This document shows, in pieces, positions 60,613 to 64,000 of a stretch of 64,000 nucleotides of DNA. Where the stretch lies: NCBI GenBank assembly GCA_050012755.1, contig JBEKGO010000007.1, positions 1 to 64,000 of the forward strand, in the 5' to 3' direction. A model generated the notes under the pieces. It was not told where the DNA came from and did not search any database. It saw nothing but the letters and a program-made list of their open reading frames with translations. Every line of letters starts with the position of its first letter. The stretch's first letter is position 1. This stretch comes from Candidatus Bathyarchaeia archaeon. Lineage in GTDB: Archaea > Thermoproteota > Bathyarchaeia > Bathyarchaeales > Bathycorpusculaceae. Made by a program: the position numbers and the translations under genes.

Positions 60613-61446
60613 ATGAAAGTCGCTGCTATGTGGAGCGGAGGAAAAGACAGTTCGCTTGCCACTTACGATGCTGTTATGCAAGGGCTAGAAGTTTCAGACA
60701 TCGTAAACTACAGCTATAAGGGAATTGCTCAGCCAAATCCAAACATGCCCACTAGTCCCCTAAGTCGGATTTTCAGTACAGTTGGAAGAGCAAGCCCAAG
60801 TATAGTATCCAACCTCGCAAGCGTCATCTACCATAAAGACCTCAGCACCATGATTCCCCATGAGGTTGCACCAGAAATCATTCAGAAGCAAGCCCAAGCA
60901 ATCGAAGTGCCGCTTGTTCAGGGCGAAGTAAGATGGGACACAATTGACCAATTCTTAAAAACCAGCATTCGCTCACTAAAGACAAAAGGGGTCGAAGGTT
61001 TAGTTTTCGGAGTCGTTCCACCCCATTTTCCTCTGGACACTACTGAGAAACTCAGAGAATACCAAACTCTTGTGGCACATAAAGAATGGATGAATCGCAT
61101 CTGCCGCGAATTAGACATAAAACCAATTACACCGCTATGGGAAAGCAACCCTGATCAGATTCTAGAAGACCTTATCGCCAAAGGGTTTGAATCAATCATA
61201 CTTGTGGTGGATTCGAAATATTTTGGCGCAGAATGGTTGGGTCGAAAAATAGACAAGGACTTCTTGGATGCCGTATACAAACTTAAACGGGAAAAAAGCG
61301 TGCATATCGGAGGCAGCGGATACCACACGCTGGTTTTAGACGGCCCGCTTTTCAAGAAACGGCTGAAGATTCAAAAAAGCCGAAAAATTTGGAAACGCGG
61401 ATACGGTGTATTAGAAATCGATGCACTGGATCTCGTTGCAAAATAA
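60613..61446 (+). CDS. divergent DUF71/Dph6-like PP-loop ATPase with internal insertions
   Basis: MWSGGKDS, PLW, WLGR, YHT.V.DGP.FKK; GEGGE replaced by GGSG. Confidence 0.75.
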   Translation: MKVAAMWSGGKDSSLATYDAVMQGLEVSDIVNYSYKGIAQPNPNMPTSPLSRIFSTVGRASPSIVSNLASVIYHKDLSTMIPHEVAPEIIQKQAQAIEVPLVQGEVRWDTIDQFLKTSIRSLKTKGVEGLVFGVVPPHFPLDTTEKLREYQTLVAHKEWMNRICRELDIKPITPLWESNPDQILEDLIAKGFESIILVVDSKYFGAEWLGRKIDKDFLDAVYKLKREKSVHIGGSGYHTLVLDGPLFKKRLKIQKSRKIWKRGYGVLEIDALDLVAK

Positions 61447-61538
61447 TAAAACAGCAAGTTTAAGCCATCTTGCTCTTTGACTGGTTTTTTTGGAAACTAT
61501 ATAAACTGTAGCTACGTATAGTTTTCGAAACTAAATGG

Positions 61539-63005
61539 GTGCCTCGTATGTCGATGGTGGAAAAGAAAAATGTGAAGGTCGCATTAGTTAACCCACCTAT
61601 CACTGAAGGCACCTTCCGCCATCAACTCTATCTGCCCATGGGCTTAGCCTATTTAGCGGCTGTTCTTCAACAAAACGGCATCGAAGTTAAAATCATCGAT
61701 TGCCAGGCCCTTTACATAAATCATGAGCGCCTAAAATCAGAGTTAAGCTCTTTTCAACCAGACATTGTAGGGATAACATCAATTGCCCCGTTGATGAGTT
61801 CAGCGTTGCTATCAGCAAAGGCGGCAAAAGAAACCCTGCCAGCCGTCCAAGTGATAATGGGTGGGCCTCACGCGACATTTATGGATGAGCAAATCATTGC
61901 CCAGGAATCAGCGGTTGACCTCATCGTTAGAGGTGAAGGCGAACAGACGCTACTCGAAATTGCACAAAACCTATGTGAAAACAGCAAACTCCACGACATT
62001 CAAGGAATCACTTACAAAGAAAACTACCAGGTTCTCCGAACGCCCAATCGACCTTTCATTCAAGATTTGGATGCACTGCCCAAGCCAGCCTACGAACTCT
62101 TCGAGCTTGACAGGTATCGGCTGTTTGGAAAAAGACTCTTACCCGTAATCACAAGCCGAGGATGCCCATTTCAATGCAATTTCTGTGTCGCAACACGCAT
62201 GTTCGGCAAAGAATACCGTATGCGAAGTGCAGAAGGAGTGCTCGACGAGTTGGAATGGCTAAAGAACACTCATGGAGCTGAAGCTTTCACGTTCTATGAC
62301 GATACATTAACATTTAACAAGGAGAGACTTTTCAAAATCTGCGACGGAATGAAAACCCGAGGAATCAACCTGCCCTGGGATTGCCAAACAAGAGTTGACC
62401 AAGTGACACTTGAGGTTTTAGCGAAGATGCACGCAGCGGGCTGCCAACAGGTGTTCTTCGGTGTAGAATCGGGTTGCCAAAAAATCCTCAATGCAGTAAG
62501 CAAAAAAACAAATGTTGAACAAAACGAAAAAGCGATAAAAATGGCAAAAGAAGCGGGTCTTTTCGTTACTATCTCGCTAATAATTGGTTATCCAGGGGAA
62601 ACGCAAGATACATTGAGAGAAACATTGACTTTTGTTCAAAAAACAAAACCTGACGATGTTTATGTCTGTGTCGCTACGCCTTTTCCAGGAACTGAGCTAC
62701 GGAATGTTGTTGAGAAAAATGGGTGGAAAATATCTGCTAACTGGGATTGCTTTGATACAATGACACCTGTTTTTGAAAACCCCGAGTTATCACTGTCACC
62801 CGAAGAAATTAAGAGATTTAGAAAACAATTCTACGACAGCATCTATTCTCCAAGCTACGTTATACAGCATTTGCTAAGAAGAAATTCCTACAGCAGAATG
62901 ATGGCGAGAACAGCCGCAAACCACATTTTATGGAGAATCAAATCCTCTCGAAAACATTCGAAGGATATAGCCGCAGCAAACAGTGCCCAACAGACAGCTA
63001 CCTGA
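61539..63005 (+). CDS. B12-binding radical SAM enzyme #4
   Basis: PMGLAYLAA, GGPH, GEGE, SRGCPFQCNFC, GVESG, TPFPGT. Confidence 0.92.
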   Translation: MPRMSMVEKKNVKVALVNPPITEGTFRHQLYLPMGLAYLAAVLQQNGIEVKIIDCQALYINHERLKSELSSFQPDIVGITSIAPLMSSALLSAKAAKETLPAVQVIMGGPHATFMDEQIIAQESAVDLIVRGEGEQTLLEIAQNLCENSKLHDIQGITYKENYQVLRTPNRPFIQDLDALPKPAYELFELDRYRLFGKRLLPVITSRGCPFQCNFCVATRMFGKEYRMRSAEGVLDELEWLKNTHGAEAFTFYDDTLTFNKERLFKICDGMKTRGINLPWDCQTRVDQVTLEVLAKMHAAGCQQVFFGVESGCQKILNAVSKKTNVEQNEKAIKMAKEAGLFVTISLIIGYPGETQDTLRETLTFVQKTKPDDVYVCVATPFPGTELRNVVEKNGWKISANWDCFDTMTPVFENPELSLSPEEIKRFRKQFYDSIYSPSYVIQHLLRRNSYSRMMARTAANHILWRIKSSRKHSKDIAAANSAQQTAT

Positions 63006-63012
63006 AAAAGAA

Positions 63013-64000
63013 CTATTTTGGATAATAACCTAAAACCTTCAGTAACGCCTTGGTGGATGGATATCTTCCATACTTAACATGGATTGCCTGAAGAATCTCT
63101 TTTGCAGGAAAAAGAAAATTAACGGTCTTGTTTAATTCATGAAAGGGTTTCCCGCTGAACTGGGAGTAATTGTGAATGTAGAAGAGGAGGGCTTGTTTGC
63201 GCGAATAAAAGTGAGGAATGAAATTTTCGATTTTGTATTTTCTGCAGATAGAATCGAACCGAACGTATGTAGCGTACAAGTAAGACTCTTCCATGTTACC
63301 ACATGAAGGCGACGTTGGTCTGCCCTCATATAGCTCATTATATTTTGAAAGCAGGGGCGTAGGTTGGTGGTTCAGGAAATTTTTGAAGCGGTCCGATCCC
63401 CTCATATCTAACATTCCGCTTAAAACAAATTTGGCACCGTTTTTCTTAGCTGCCTCAATAACCTGTGACATATTTTCCTCGGTGTCTGTTACATATGGAA
63501 TAAGCGGAATCATCCACAAACCGACGGTTATGCCCCTATCTGACAGTTTTTTTATCACTTCTAATCTTCTTTGCGGAGAAGGCGCATTCGGTTCTAGAGT
63601 TTTTGCTAGTTTTTCATCAAGGGTTGTTATGGTTACCGCGATGCAACACCATGATTTTTTAGAAGCCTCTTCCAAAAGATCTATATCACGTAGAATAAGA
63701 TCGGACTTTGTGCCGATTGCAAAAGGCCAACTGTTCTCATTTAACACTTCCAAAATTTTACGTGTAATTTGATATTTCTTTTCCGCTGGCTGGTAAGGGT
63801 CTGTGCTCAAGCTTAATCTGACCACGCCTTTCCTCTTGAAGGTGGATAATTCTTTGGCTAATATTTCGGGTGCATTTGTCTTAGCGTAAACAGGAACTGA
63901 AAAATCTTTGCACTTTTCATATTTTTGAGAACTAGTGTGGCAGTACAAACAATTGAATTCGCAGTTATTGTAGGGATCAAAACAGTAGCTTGTCCAAAAC
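63013..64000 (-). CDS. SplB-like radical SAM protein (5' end outside window)
   Basis: Reading to the edge gives FDPYNNCEFNCLYCH; TDPYQP.E, TKS.LI.RD.D, LEP.AP....R. Confidence 0.85.
   Translation of the reverse strand, partial: FWTSYCFDPYNNCEFNCLYCHTSSQKYEKCKDFSVPVYAKTNAPEILAKELSTFKRKGVVRLSLSTDPYQPAEKKYQITRKILEVLNENSWPFAIGTKSDLILRDIDLLEEASKKSWCCIAVTITTLDEKLAKTLEPNAPSPQRRLEVIKKLSDRGITVGLWMIPLIPYVTDTEENMSQVIEAAKKNGAKFVLSGMLDMRGSDRFKNFLNHQPTPLLSKYNELYEGRPTSPSCGNMEESYLYATYVRFDSICRKYKIENFIPHFYSRKQALLFYIHNYSQFSGKPFHELNKTVNFLFPAKEILQAIHVKYGRYPSTKALLKVLGYYPK

Noticed and set aside
74-63772. Many 60-190 aa ORFs antisense to or overlapping confident genes (e.g. 74-604, 15990-16550, 21227-22867, 36843-37391, 63293-63772)
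   Set aside because: Shadow ORFs of well-supported genes; no motifs of their own

Overview
Archaeal chromosomal window. Gene content (crenarchaeal-type PolB1, AglB, CarS, thermosome, prefoldin beta, DUF2096/DUF3194-like proteins, an OST3/OST6-like subunit) points to a TACK archaeon, most likely Bathyarchaeia; this is an inference. Bases 1-36 kb are mostly housekeeping: carS, topA, aglB-aglH, polB1, RsmB/NOP2, agmatinase, two moeA, ThyA-like, thermosome, Sua5, prefoldin, DHH, an ECF module and endonuclease IV. Interspersed are an SGNH plus two acyltransferase-3 genes, an IS6-like remnant and two eukaryote-like proteins (OST3/6-like, PAC4-like). Bases 36-64 kb are the most notable part. A cobamide nucleotide-loop set (cobY, cobS, cobT, cobZ, cobD, plus a second divergent cobS-cobY pair and two DUF71/Dph6-like ATPases) is interleaved with a tetraether synthase (Tes)-like radical SAM, a DGGGP-synthase-like prenyltransferase, a Gms-like radical SAM/SPASM, four B12-dependent radical SAM enzymes, five glycosyltransferases, an epimerase and a methyltransferase. 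This is a candidate cobalamin-dependent tetraether-lipid synthesis/modification locus, and it continues past the right edge. No rRNA, tRNA or CRISPR array was recognised. All family calls come from motif recognition by eye, without database searches.
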